Positions 10,794 through 20,089 of a DNA stretch of 64,000 nt are shown here, in pieces. The notes beneath the pieces were generated by a model. That model searched no databases, had not been told where the DNA came from, and saw only the letters and a list, made by a program, of their open reading frames with translations. Source of the stretch: a virus; the IMG/VR virus record IMGVR_UViG_3300009506_000002, positions 64,001 through 128,000 of that record; one strand, given 5' to 3'. The position numbers were made by a program, and so were the translations under genes. How positions within the stretch are numbered: position 1 is the first letter of the stretch; each line of letters opens with the position of its first letter.

Positions 10794-10798
10794 GACAA

Positions 10799-10821
10799 TA
10801 TTTATACGGCTCCCATAAATA
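10799..10821. promoter_or_regulatory. back-to-back T4-type late promoters (TATAAATA on -, CATAAATA on +)
   Basis: tatttata 10799-10806 and cataaata 10814-10821, between the divergent gp48 and gp4 genes. Confidence 0.8.
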
Positions 10822-10826
10822 ATGGT

Positions 10827-11276
10827 ATGGCTTATAAGGGTGTGTTTCGTCCATCTAATCCTGAGAAGTACCGTGGTGACATTACAAAGATCATCTACCG
10901 GAGCTCTTGGGAGCGTAAATTCATGGAGTTTTGTGACCATAACTCTAGCATTCTGCTATGGAATTCTGAAGGTGTGGTCATCCCATATATTTCTCCAGTG
11001 GACGGAGAGCGACACAGGTACTTTATTGACTTCTGGATTCGTATGCGTGACAAGCACGGCAACATCGTAGAGAAGTTGATTGAGATCAAGCCAAACGCGC
11101 AACGCCACCCACCAAAAGAACCCCAACGCAAGACCAAGAGATATTTTGGTGCTGTGAAAACATACGCGGTCAATCAGGCCAAGTGGAAAGCGGCTGAACT
11201 GATTGCGGAGCAGAACAACATGCAGTTCGTTGTTCTTGACGAATACGATTTGGGTATCAAGAAGAGGAAAAAGTAA
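10827..11276 (+). CDS. head completion protein gp4 (TnsA-like nuclease fold)
   Basis: YKG.F.P.NP.KY.GD...IIYRSSWE, HRYF.DF, EIKP, VNQAKW.AA. Confidence 0.92.
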   Translation: MAYKGVFRPSNPEKYRGDITKIIYRSSWERKFMEFCDHNSSILLWNSEGVVIPYISPVDGERHRYFIDFWIRMRDKHGNIVEKLIEIKPNAQRHPPKEPQRKTKRYFGAVKTYAVNQAKWKAAELIAEQNNMQFVVLDEYDLGIKKRKK

Positions 11277-11849
11277 TTGGCACGCTTTACAGTACCGCAG
11301 AGATTTCTTGATCGTCTGGGCATTGGCAAAAAGCTAAGCCCAAGCCAGCTCGCGCGCGATGCGATGCAGTGGTTCCAAGGAAAGACTGCCAGAAGCATTA
11401 TGAGTGACAAGGAGAAGACTGCCATCCCGAAGCTTGGCAAGATGTACCTATTCCTCTATGATGCAAAGCACAAAGATACACTTCCATATTGGGACAAGCA
11501 ACCACTAATCATCGTGATCAAGAAGCGCGGCAATTCAGTATGGGGCTTGAACTTGCACTATCTTCCTCCTACGCTGAGAATCAAGCTGCTGTCTCAGCTT
11601 ATGGAATACGCATCGAATGATCGCATGGATGAGACAACAAAGTTGCGCGTGACGTACAGCTTCCTGAAGAGTGCGTCAAAGCTAAAGGAATTCAAGCCAA
11701 CGATTCACCGATACCTGTACAACCACACGAAGTCGCAGTTCGCGCTTATTCCTGCCAATGAGTGGAAGTTCGTCACAATGATGCCAATTGCGAAGTGGCA
11801 AGGTGCCAGCTCTGGCACAGTTTACAACGATTCACGAGGTAAGATCTAA
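11277..11849 (+). CDS. DNA end protector gp2
   Basis: GKMY.F.YDAKHKDTLPYWD..PL, GLNLHYLPP..R. Confidence 0.92.
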   Translation: MARFTVPQRFLDRLGIGKKLSPSQLARDAMQWFQGKTARSIMSDKEKTAIPKLGKMYLFLYDAKHKDTLPYWDKQPLIIVIKKRGNSVWGLNLHYLPPTLRIKLLSQLMEYASNDRMDETTKLRVTYSFLKSASKLKEFKPTIHRYLYNHTKSQFALIPANEWKFVTMMPIAKWQGASSGTVYNDSRGKI

Positions 11850-12505
11850 TGTCAAAACTTGGAGATACCAGAAAGCCAACACCTGGAATTGGAACCATTC
11901 TTGACCCCATTCACAACCTCAAGACGATGGCACTTGACTTCGCGCGTCCGAACAAGTACATTGTGCAGCTATTCCCAAACCGACTGAAGATCCCTTTCCG
12001 TTCGGTGCTTGGCATCCCGTTTGATGAGGCGCTCTCGCTGGCGTGCAGCAACGCCGTGCTTCCAGGCAAAAATTACACCACATTCGATGATCGTCGAGGC
12101 TTGCCAAACTCGGCGAAGAAAGCTGGCGACTTGGTCTACAATGATGTGCAGCTAACCTTCCAGGTCTCTTCATTGATGATCGAACACAACGTCATCCAGG
12201 AATGGATGAACTTCATCTATGATGAGAATGGCGAGTTCTACAATTTTCACAAAGATTATAAGACGGATATACATATCATACAACTGAACCAGACACGCCA
12301 TCCGGTCAAGTATGTCAAGCTGATTGACGCTTTCCCGACTCAGATGGGCGACATTGCGCTCGGTTACGATATGAATGACCAGATTGAGACATTCAACGTC
12401 ACCTTCGCTTATCACCATTGGGAGTCAATCGATCTGACAAATGCGCAGGCCACTGTTCCTGACCTAGTCGAGCAGATGGTGAGTAAGATTCCTCAGCTAT
12501 TCTAG
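11849..12505 (+). CDS. tail-tube initiator gp54 (gp19 family)
   Basis: ARPN.Y.V, C....LPG, L.DAFP...G.I.L.Y...DQIETF.VTFAY..W. Confidence 0.8.
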   Translation: MSKLGDTRKPTPGIGTILDPIHNLKTMALDFARPNKYIVQLFPNRLKIPFRSVLGIPFDEALSLACSNAVLPGKNYTTFDDRRGLPNSAKKAGDLVYNDVQLTFQVSSLMIEHNVIQEWMNFIYDENGEFYNFHKDYKTDIHIIQLNQTRHPVKYVKLIDAFPTQMGDIALGYDMNDQIETFNVTFAYHHWESIDLTNAQATVPDLVEQMVSKIPQLF

Positions 12506-12516
12506 GAGATTATTGA

Positions 12517-13242
12517 ATGACATCATTGCCGCAAATTAGCGCACCCGTAAGTAAGACAACCCTTCCATGCTCAGGCATTGAAGTTGAATTTCGTCCGTTC
12601 TTGGTAAAAGAGGAGAAGATCCTCATCATTGCTGCAGAAAGTGAAGATGAAAAAGCAATCGACGCCGCTGTCCTGCAAGTTGTGACCAACTGCACCTTTG
12701 GCAAGATTGACTTTGAGAAGGTGCCAGCCGTTGATCTTCAGTGGATGATCCTGCAACTGCGCAAACATGCAAAGGGCAACAACATCGAGCTGTTCTTCAA
12801 GTGTGAAGCCACGGACGAAGAAGGCAAGAAGTGCGGTCATACCAACGAGATCGTGAAGAAGATTGACGATGTGAAATACTACGGTCCGACCAGCGGCTCA
12901 AAGCGCATTGAGTTGACCGATCAGATCGGCATCAAGATGAAAGTGCCAACTATGAAGGACGCCAAGGACATTCGCATGAATGACTCGGTCGAAGGCATGT
13001 TTGACACAATCATCTCCGCTATGGAAATGATCTATAACGGAGACGAAGTATGGCAGATCGAGAACGTACCACGCAAAGAGCTTGAGGCGTTCATTGAAGA
13101 GCTGCCACCAACCCAGTTTAACCGTGTGCAAGCATTTATCGACAACCTACCTCGCCTCGTGCTTGAAGTAGATTTCGAGTGCAAGAAGTGCAAGCATACA
13201 GAAAAAATTGAATTGACAGGACTAGACTCTTTTTTCGTGTAA
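12517..13242 (+). CDS. baseplate hub assembly protein, gp26/gp51-N family
   Basis: LP.I..P, FRPFLVKEEKIL, two Cys pairs, ends L.GL.SFF. Confidence 0.85.
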   Translation: MTSLPQISAPVSKTTLPCSGIEVEFRPFLVKEEKILIIAAESEDEKAIDAAVLQVVTNCTFGKIDFEKVPAVDLQWMILQLRKHAKGNNIELFFKCEATDEEGKKCGHTNEIVKKIDDVKYYGPTSGSKRIELTDQIGIKMKVPTMKDAKDIRMNDSVEGMFDTIISAMEMIYNGDEVWQIENVPRKELEAFIEELPPTQFNRVQAFIDNLPRLVLEVDFECKKCKHTEKIELTGLDSFFV

Positions 13243-13421
13243 TCGTGATTGACGACACCTTGCAGTCGTTCTATAAGCTGAATTTTGAACTAAGACACGA
13301 ACATGGTTACTCACTGACGGAGATTGAAAACATGCTCCCGTGGGAACGTGAAGTCTTTACCTTCATGATTATTAAACGACTCCAAGAGAAGAAAGAGGCA
13401 CTACAAAATGCCAACAGATAA
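13236..13421 (+). CDS. gp51-C-like hub assembly catalyst (in the -1 frame of the upstream gene; alternative GTG start at 13245)
   Basis: Hand translation RVIVIDDTLQSFYKLNFELRHEHGYSLTEIENMLPWEREVFTFMIIKRLQEKKEALQNANR*, with the YSLTEIENM.PWER motif. Confidence 0.8.
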   Translation, partial: RVIVIDDTLQSFYKLNFELRHEHGYSLTEIENMLPWEREVFTFMIIKRLQEKKEALQNANR

Positions 13422-14877
13422 CACAGTATCGTTCGCAAAAGGCGTCACCGAGCAGCTAAAGCAAAGCAAGTCTCTGGGTGAAATTTCTGACCATTCTCAG
13501 AACATGCTGAAAGAGTTGAAGTCAACGCAGAAGTCATTTGAGATGCTGCAAATTGAACTTGCTCCACAGCGTGAGATTCTCGATGCGGCTGTCAAGGACA
13601 ATTCGTACCTAAAGGATGTGGTTGATCAGCTCGATGGTCTGGTAAAGCTCGATGGTGCAGCGCGCAAGGATCAGAAGATTGGTCTGGCTCGCTTGGCACA
13701 AATCCGCAAGGATCTCGATGGCAATAAGGAAATCAGTGATGAATCACGTGCCATCCTTGACCGCTACATGCAAAGAATCGACGAGGGTTTGACGAAGCAG
13801 TCGAACATTCTGAACTCAATCAAGAAAGCTGCCTATGAGAATATTGACAAGATCACAGGCGGCATTGCCTATGCGCTTGGCGAATCACCGCTTGGAATGA
13901 TGCTGTCTGGCTTCCTGTCAACGAAGATCAAGGAGATCTTCGAGCGCAGACGCGAAGCCAAGAATCAAAAAGCCAACCTTGCCAAGCTGAAGGCGATTGA
14001 AGCTGCAACAAAGGGTGTTGAGAAAGCAGTCAAAGGAAGCAAGCCAACGCGCCTAGATGCTGCACAGGCAGCACCTACACGAACAACTGCTCGTGGAGCA
14101 CCAGTTCGTAGAAAAGCAGGCATTGGCGCTCGTATGACAATGATCATGGTCGCTGGTATGATCAGATTGTTCTCAATGGCAACGAGTGCAGTCACCGGAC
14201 TGGTTAGTGCGGTGTCACTGATTTCGGGCGGTATTCAACTGGCTTGGACTGCCCTGTCTGGCTTTGCATCATTCATCTGGGATATGATCAAGAATCTCGG
14301 TAGCGCACTTGCGCGTCTGATTCCGGGCTTCAGTGGTGACAAGACAACCGCAGGTGGCAAAGCAAGCAAGACAACGAAGCCGGGTGGTAAAGCCACACAG
14401 ATGTCTAAGACTGGCTCTGTGGTGAAGAAGGGTGCTGGCAAAGCGCTCTCAATTGCAGGTCGAGGTGCAGCGCTACTAGGTCCTGCTGCTGCCGTTGCTG
14501 GCGCTGGCTATGCTGGTTGGGAAATCGGATCTTGGCTGAATGATGAACTCAATAGCCTTGTGAAGAACGCAACTGGCGGCAAGTCACAGTCGCTCGGTGA
14601 GTGGATTTACGATAAGACTCATGATGACAAGACACAGAATTTGGTCGCGGCCACTTCTGAAAATGTCAAGGCAGTGAACGGTGCCAAGTCTGGTGCTCTG
14701 GTTCAATCACAGCGCGAACTTGAAGCAATGAGACATCCTACTGCAGAAGGCGCAGGTGGCTCAAGCTCTACTGTGGTTCAAACATCTCAGACAACGAATC
14801 AGGTCATTGCACCACGCATCGATCCTTCGAACCACGACCCATCATTCCTCAAGGCCTCACTCGCAGGCGCAACATAA
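13408..14877 (+). CDS. tape measure protein (gp29 position)
   Basis: Helical, Ala/Gly/Lys-rich, with a central hydrophobic segment; follows the hub chaperones. Confidence 0.7.
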   Translation: MPTDNTVSFAKGVTEQLKQSKSLGEISDHSQNMLKELKSTQKSFEMLQIELAPQREILDAAVKDNSYLKDVVDQLDGLVKLDGAARKDQKIGLARLAQIRKDLDGNKEISDESRAILDRYMQRIDEGLTKQSNILNSIKKAAYENIDKITGGIAYALGESPLGMMLSGFLSTKIKEIFERRREAKNQKANLAKLKAIEAATKGVEKAVKGSKPTRLDAAQAAPTRTTARGAPVRRKAGIGARMTMIMVAGMIRLFSMATSAVTGLVSAVSLISGGIQLAWTALSGFASFIWDMIKNLGSALARLIPGFSGDKTTAGGKASKTTKPGGKATQMSKTGSVVKKGAGKALSIAGRGAALLGPAAAVAGAGYAGWEIGSWLNDELNSLVKNATGGKSQSLGEWIYDKTHDDKTQNLVAATSENVKAVNGAKSGALVQSQRELEAMRHPTAEGAGGSSSTVVQTSQTTNQVIAPRIDPSNHDPSFLKASLAGAT

Positions 14878-14880
14878 CGC

Positions 14881-14910
14881 AAAATGGGGAGCCCGAAGGC
14901 TCCCTATTTC
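14881..14910. terminator. bidirectional intrinsic terminator
   Basis: GGGAGCC-cgaa-GGCTCCC hairpin flanked by A and T runs, between convergent tape measure and gp32. Confidence 0.8.
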
Positions 14911-14929
14911 GTTTGGCGGAGATGAAGAC

Positions 14930-15844
14930 TTAGTCTTCTGCTGCCAGCTTACGGAAGTAATCCAGCGCTTCGTCCTCTTCACCAGGTTCAGCGCCAACCA
15001 CTGGCTCCTCTTTCGGAGTTGCGGTCTTGCTGCCTGCTGAAATACCAGCACCGTGAGGCAGATCATCTTCCTCTTCAGAAAGGTCTGCTGCGGAGCGGGT
15101 TGTTGCAGCGCTACCCAGTACGCGGTCAAGACGTGCTGAAAGATCGTCCCATGACTTGAAGCGTTCTGGTGATACGAACTCCTTCAGCGGGTGAAGCTGC
15201 TCGTAGATATCGGTGATGGTCTTGTCGTCATCAGCGATTGGTGATACTTCCTCGAACTTGGACTTGTCGTAGTTGACGTTGCCCTCGTACTTACGGATTC
15301 GCAGCATGAAGTTCGCGCCTTCAGTGAAGTCAAACGGGTTGATAGCCGGACCGTCTTCCTCAAACTCAGGGAACATGGCGTCCTTGATCTTGTCGAAGAT
15401 CTTGGCGCCGAACTTGAACAAGAAGACCTTGCCTTCGTTCTCGGGGTTCTTCGGATCCTGAATGACCAGGATGTTTGCGATGTACTGCGTACGACGCTTG
15501 CGCTTACGCGCAATTTCCTTGTCGGATTCGATTCCTGAGTTCCACAGGCGACCGTTGTCCTTACATGCAGGACAGTCATTGCCGATGGTAGTTGGGCACT
15601 CTTCGATGTACCAGCCACCGGTCTCCTTGAAGCCATGAGAGTAGACTTTCACCCAAGGTGCGTCTTCGCCCTCAGCAGGCGGCAGGAAGCGGATGACTGC
15701 AGAGCCATTCTTGTTTTCGTCGAGTTGTGGGTAGTAGAAGCGGTCGTCAGAATTGCCCGACCTTTTTGATTCGTTCTCGATTCGCTTGGCGAGATCGCCG
15801 AAAGACATGCGAGACTTTTTCCATGCTGGTTGTTTTGCTGCCAT
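14930..15844 (-). CDS. single-stranded DNA-binding protein gp32
   Basis: DDRF, G.AVIRFLP, YIE.C.TT....CP.C, EGKVFLFKFG.KIFDKI, NYDKS.F, acidic tail ending YF.KLA.ED. Confidence 0.95.
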   Translation of the reverse strand: MAAKQPAWKKSRMSFGDLAKRIENESKRSGNSDDRFYYPQLDENKNGSAVIRFLPPAEGEDAPWVKVYSHGFKETGGWYIEECPTTIGNDCPACKDNGRLWNSGIESDKEIARKRKRRTQYIANILVIQDPKNPENEGKVFLFKFGAKIFDKIKDAMFPEFEEDGPAINPFDFTEGANFMLRIRKYEGNVNYDKSKFEEVSPIADDDKTITDIYEQLHPLKEFVSPERFKSWDDLSARLDRVLGSAATTRSAADLSEEEDDLPHGAGISAGSKTATPKEEPVVGAEPGEEDEALDYFRKLAAED

Positions 15845-15925
15845 TGATTTCTCCTGTTCTGTACAGCGCGGATTAACCGCTAGACATTGATATTATTGAT
15901 TTTTGTGGTTGTTGAGACCACTTAC

Positions 15926-15933
15926 TATTTATG
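15926..15933 (-). promoter_or_regulatory. T4-type late promoter CATAAATA upstream of gp32
   Basis: tatttatg on +. Same motif also at 3878-3885, 7242-7249, 46500-46507, 47250-47257, 57907-57914, 60795-60802 (minus) and 53281-53288, 53654-53661 (plus). Confidence 0.7.
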
Positions 15934-15940
15934 CGATCTG

Positions 15941-16552
15941 TCAGGATTTCAGGAAAATTTCTTTAACTTCATCATGGCATTTCGCTTTGTCAAGATTGAG
16001 GAATGGTGCATACTTTTTGATTTTCAGCGACCATTGCTCATAGATGTAATCGTTCTTCAACATGCGGTCAAAGCGTGCTGAAAAGCCGAGTACGGTATCC
16101 ATGATGATATAGGTTTCAAGGGTGATGTAGCGTTGAACCAACAACCTAAAGATGATTGGCTGTGATCCTTCCTTGACAACGAAGAGATCATTAAAGGTCA
16201 GGCTACGGTTTGCAAGAAAGTCCCGGATGTTTTCCATGTCCGATCTTGCAGTTGTGAATAGGCGGGACATACGTTTGCGCCATGCAAAGTAGATCTCTTC
16301 TGACTCTTGGTTGAGGGTCAGATCGCCCACCCACAAATTCTCATTTTCGACAAAATTGGCAACAAGGTACGGTATGATGTAGTCCATGTTGCGGTTTGCC
16401 AAGCGCTCGAAAAATGCCTTATCGTTGCGCTTTTCATAGGAACTGCGCTTGACCGTGGTCTTTGCGCGGTACTTGATATAGTCGTAGGATGGTGTGTTGA
16501 AGTGGCTCTTCAGCGCGACATAATGCTGAAAAACCTCAAATCCTGAAAGCAA
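15941..16552 (-). CDS. helicase loader gp59
   Basis: Y.ALK.HF....YDY.KY, R.DK.FF..LA, I.LET..I.D, KIKKY.PFL. Confidence 0.9.
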   Translation of the reverse strand: MLSGFEVFQHYVALKSHFNTPSYDYIKYRAKTTVKRSSYEKRNDKAFFERLANRNMDYIIPYLVANFVENENLWVGDLTLNQESEEIYFAWRKRMSRLFTTARSDMENIRDFLANRSLTFNDLFVVKEGSQPIIFRLLVQRYITLETYIIMDTVLGFSARFDRMLKNDYIYEQWSLKIKKYAPFLNLDKAKCHDEVKEIFLKS

Positions 16553-16555
16553 CTT

Positions 16556-16996
16556 CTACCCCAATAAGATTATCGGTGTGCGTGTAAATATACCACATTC
16601 GAGTACTCTTGTCAAGTCTTCATTTGAGACCATCGACACGGTATCGATTATGGCAACGTGGAATGTTGCCAAGGCTGGCATGTAGAGACGTGGCAAGCGT
16701 GAACGGAATGATCTGACATTGAACACACGTTCTTGAGAAATGCCGTACTCACGAATGTACTCGCATCTCCGGCGCTCATCGAATGCAAACAGAGCCGCAT
16801 TGTACTTTTGAGCCAGTGCCACGGCTGCGGTGGTGTGACCAGTACGACGAGACATCTGCAATCGCATGACACGGAAGTCTGTCTCGAATGCTGGCAGTGT
16901 TCTGAGGAATTCTTCAGGCAGAGAGTAGTAGCTGTCGATATGCGCTTCTGCAAGAGCAAGCATCTGATCAGTCAGCGTTGGGATTGAGAGGTTCAT
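16556..16996 (-). CDS. small degenerate P-loop protein resembling a terminase ATPase core
   Basis: MSRRTGHTT (Walker A-like, K>H) and VAIIDT (Walker B-like, E>T). Confidence 0.4.
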   Translation of the reverse strand: MNLSIPTLTDQMLALAEAHIDSYYSLPEEFLRTLPAFETDFRVMRLQMSRRTGHTTAAVALAQKYNAALFAFDERRRCEYIREYGISQERVFNVRSFRSRLPRLYMPALATFHVAIIDTVSMVSNEDLTRVLECGIFTRTPIILLG

Positions 16997-17229
16997 ATCG
17001 GCAGCTCCGCAGTTGTATCTTCGTTGTGTTCTTTCCTGATTAGTTTCAGGCGTCTGGCTTCAATCGTCACTTTCTCGAGCAACGTGCCAGAGATATATGC
17101 CTTTGATGCCTCGACGTCAATGTCGTTTTGCTCACAGACAGCTTGAATGGCGTCCAGATAGGTTGTGCCACGAGCAGCCAGTTTTTCGACCTGTTCTGCG
17201 AAGTGCTGCTTTGAGAACTTAATTGGCAT
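16993..17229 (-). CDS. late transcription co-activator gp33
   Basis: F...VE......TYLDAI...CE.N.ID.E....IS..L.EK...EA..L..I, ends LPI; adjacent to gp59/gp32. Confidence 0.85.
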   Translation of the reverse strand: MPIKFSKQHFAEQVEKLAARGTTYLDAIQAVCEQNDIDVEASKAYISGTLLEKVTIEARRLKLIRKEHNEDTTAELPI

Positions 17230-17456
17230 CAGGACTCTTTCTCTTCGAAATACTTACCGTCCAGGCCGCAGATTGATCTGCGTGCTTCGTCACAGGTCAT
17301 GAAGAGACCTTTACCAGTGACAAGGAACTGGATGTGTGCGTCACTGTACGCATCCTTGTGGATGACTTTTGGTGCAACGCACACATCCAGCCTCTTGAGG
17401 CCGTTCGCCTCTTCTTTATGATGGGTACATTTTCTACAGATTTTTGGTTCACTCAT
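17229..17456 (-). CDS. hypothetical Cys-rich protein
   Basis: CxxC..., C...R...CG..GK.FE; overlaps neighbouring genes. Confidence 0.55.
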   Translation of the reverse strand: MSEPKICRKCTHHKEEANGLKRLDVCVAPKVIHKDAYSDAHIQFLVTGKGLFMTCDEARRSICGLDGKYFEEKES

Positions 17457-17782
17457 CGTAGTGGTTCTCCGAAATAGCGCGTTGCGCATTTGATAGTATG
17501 ATCGACGTTGAAGCCTTCGTCGCGCAGCCCCAGGACAATGGCATAGCGAGCAGCCCGGGCCAGCTCTTCATCATGTGAGTCGAGGTCACCGAGCCACTTC
17601 TCTTCGAAGCGATCTGCCCCAATACTTCCACCATAACCGATCGCCTCACGTGCCTTTTTACCAATGTAGAACCAAGCTGCAAAGAGCTCTCCCCGAGTGT
17701 AGTCACGATAGTTGCGCGGCTCGAAAGCTGTTCCTTCTTTGATGCGTTTGCGCTGGCGCGATGTCATCTTACTGAAATCCAT
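17453..17782 (-). CDS. hypothetical protein
   Basis: ORF with SD (GGGAG), in operon. Confidence 0.6.
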   Translation of the reverse strand: MDFSKMTSRQRKRIKEGTAFEPRNYRDYTRGELFAAWFYIGKKAREAIGYGGSIGADRFEEKWLGDLDSHDEELARAARYAIVLGLRDEGFNVDHTIKCATRYFGEPLR

Positions 17783-17800
17783 AATATACTCCCTTGAGGT

Positions 17801-18340
17801 TTATTCTGCGCCACCCATGAATCGCTGCATGTGCTTAGCCTGTGAGATCGCGTCATCAAGAGCGTTATGGTAGGTACCGATGCGCTCGAATACAATATCT
17901 TCAGGTGCAAGTGCCTTCAGTGTACGGTAGCAGCGGTCGTTCCAGAACTTCCATGGCTGCTCGAGGCCTACTGCGCGGTACGCATGAGACATGATTGCGT
18001 TGTCGAACGCAGCTCCATTGCCCCACAGATAAACAGCCTTGCGGCGGTTGAACCACTCGGTAAATTGCTGCATGCCTGATTTCAGGGAGACATTTGAGTT
18101 CTTGGCTTCAACCAGTACCTTGCGGGCTTCTGGTGCCTGACCCATCCACCACTCGACAGTCTTCGGGTTGATGCTCAGGCCAGCTTCAACGCAGGATTCG
18201 GTGTTGATGGTAATGTAAAAGGTTTCTCCGATCTTGTCGGAAGTCGGGTCGAACTCGACTGCACCAATTGACAGGATCGCCGCAGTGGCAACGGTGTCAA
18301 GGGTTTCCAAGTCGACCATGATATGTTTCAATGGTGGCAT
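17801..18340 (-). CDS. DEDDh 3'-5' exonuclease/exoribonuclease
   Basis: MVDLETL, WGNGAAFD, RCYRTL, HNALDDA. Confidence 0.88.
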   Translation of the reverse strand: MPPLKHIMVDLETLDTVATAAILSIGAVEFDPTSDKIGETFYITINTESCVEAGLSINPKTVEWWMGQAPEARKVLVEAKNSNVSLKSGMQQFTEWFNRRKAVYLWGNGAAFDNAIMSHAYRAVGLEQPWKFWNDRCYRTLKALAPEDIVFERIGTYHNALDDAISQAKHMQRFMGGAE

Positions 18341-18363
18341 TGATACTCCTTATTCGTTATGAC

Positions 18364-18392
18364 AGTCTACACGAAAGAGGTATAACTGTCAA
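18364..18392 (-). promoter_or_regulatory. sigma70-type early promoter
   Basis: TTGACA-17-TAGACT; the -35 supplies the TGA stop of the upstream ORF. Confidence 0.8.
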
Positions 18393-18616
18393 GTATTTTC
18401 TGATACCCACCCGATGGTAGTCCATTGGTGAACTGCGGACAAGAACTCGTTGAACTCAATGCTCCACTTTTGTGGTAGGAATTTCAACGGGTAGGCTTCA
18501 TCGTCCACCCTAACGCCATGCTCAACCAAGAAGTCGATTAACTCCTTTTCAGAGTTGAAAATGGCAAACGGCCTGCCCAAGGTTCTGTGCGGGTAAACGA
18601 AAACGTCTTTCGCCAC
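18389..18616 (-). CDS. hypothetical protein
   Basis: ORF in operon. Confidence 0.5.
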   Translation of the reverse strand: MAKDVFVYPHRTLGRPFAIFNSEKELIDFLVEHGVRVDDEAYPLKFLPQKWSIEFNEFLSAVHQWTTIGWVSENT

Positions 18617-18640
18617 AGGCCGATGTCGCGGGGATAAAAC

Positions 18641-18898
18641 TTAATCCTGCGCGGTCGGGAAGATTGCATCGTAGTCGTCGAGCAGGTCGTTGATTTCAGC
18701 TTCGACCTCTTCCTTGTTCTGCTCGAAGTAGATCTTCGCCAGTTTGCGCAGACGTGCTGGCTTCATACCAGTTGCATCCTTCACGCGGTCGCAGATGCCC
18801 TTCTGCAGGTCCTTCTCTGCTGCAACACGAGTCAAGCTCGCATTGAACTCCTGCAGCGCGCGGCCGATGATATCCTTGTCAGCATTACATAGTGCCAT
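18641..18898 (-). CDS. dsDNA-binding protein DsbA-like
   Basis: E...S.TR..AEKD..K.I, ..KLAK.Y..QN..E; 85 aa. Confidence 0.75.
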   Translation of the reverse strand: MALCNADKDIIGRALQEFNASLTRVAAEKDLQKGICDRVKDATGMKPARLRKLAKIYFEQNKEEVEAEINDLLDDYDAIFPTAQD

Positions 18899-19280
18899 TT
18901 AACACTCCTTTTCTTTGATGAGTTTGTATTCGTATTTGTCAAGCTGTCCTCCCCATCCAGAGAAGCAGGTCAACACCGGTATGCCGTATGACTCGACAGC
19001 TTCAATTGCAGCCCTACGCGGAGGGAGGTCGAAGCCATTTGGTAGTTTTGCAGAAGCCGGGACAACAATTTTGCAATCCCATACTCGGAACTCGCTATGA
19101 TCTATTGGCTCCTCTCCCTCTCGGAGATGTGATGCCAGATAATTGAGGATGCGAGAAGCGGGTTTCAGCCATCGGTCGAAGTTACGGTCAACAGCATTTT
19201 CGAGCCATTCACCATTTGCTCCGGTAGCTTTGTAGTGCTCGTAGGCTAGTTCACGAGCGAGACATTCTTCTTGAGTGCGA

Positions 19281-19706
19281 TCACACATATCTAAACTCCA
19301 GACCTGGTACCCAGGTTTTCTTGAACGCAAGGCAGCGCTCTTCGTATGGCACAAGTCCTTCTTTGCGAATTCGGACAATCACGTCCTTCTCGCCTTCAAA
19401 GTTTTCCAGCCAGTCCCAGAAGTCGCTGACTTTGCCATGATACATTGGGAGCAGGTCAACAAACGAACCGGCCTCGCGCTTGCCAGCATGGAACTCTTCC
19501 CAATATTGATCAGTCAGCTCCCAGGCTGTGATTGATGCGCTATTGAGGAACTCGTGATCCTTGTTGTTTTCAGGGTCGAGGATTTTTGATTCGATCTCGC
19601 GCTCGTCATCATTTGAGAACACTGATTTGGTGACAGTGTATCCGTACCAGATCAGGAATGTGAGTAGCGCAAGCGCGTAGATGTCATAAGGATTAGGTGC
19701 GTTCAT
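19281..19706 (-). CDS. hypothetical membrane-anchored protein
   Basis: N-terminal hydrophobic helix. Confidence 0.55.
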   Translation of the reverse strand: MNAPNPYDIYALALLTFLIWYGYTVTKSVFSNDDEREIESKILDPENNKDHEFLNSASITAWELTDQYWEEFHAGKREAGSFVDLLPMYHGKVSDFWDWLENFEGEKDVIVRIRKEGLVPYEERCLAFKKTWVPGLEFRYV

Positions 19707-20089
19707 CTTTAACTTGCTCCAAAGGGTAGTACACGCCAGAAGGTCCGGTCATGTAAAAGTCTTTCCGCTGTATGCGTAAACGAAACGTATTATACAGCAT
19801 TTCTTCGGCTTTGTCAATAGCCGCCATGTGGTGATCACCTGTCTGACAATGCAGGTCATGGGTTTCATCATCCCACTCGATCAGGGTCACTGGCATGTTG
19901 CACTGCCAGTCCTCACTCCACACCTGGAAGAGTTCTATTTCTGTCCTATTCTGCGCTGTCATTCTGTCCACAGATGCATTGTGAGGGAAGGCGCCCACAG
20001 TCCCTACAGAAACCAGTAGGAGTTTCTTCGCGTTGTCTATAACCGTATGGCTCTGCACCTCGTGCAATGCGCATCTGGTTGATTGCATC

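Noticed and set aside
10794-10940. N-terminal extensions in the ORF track (gp48 from 10940; also 60816, 47608, 44750, 22892)
   Set aside because: They overlap divergent genes or promoters; downstream ATGs fit the promoter and SD positions better.
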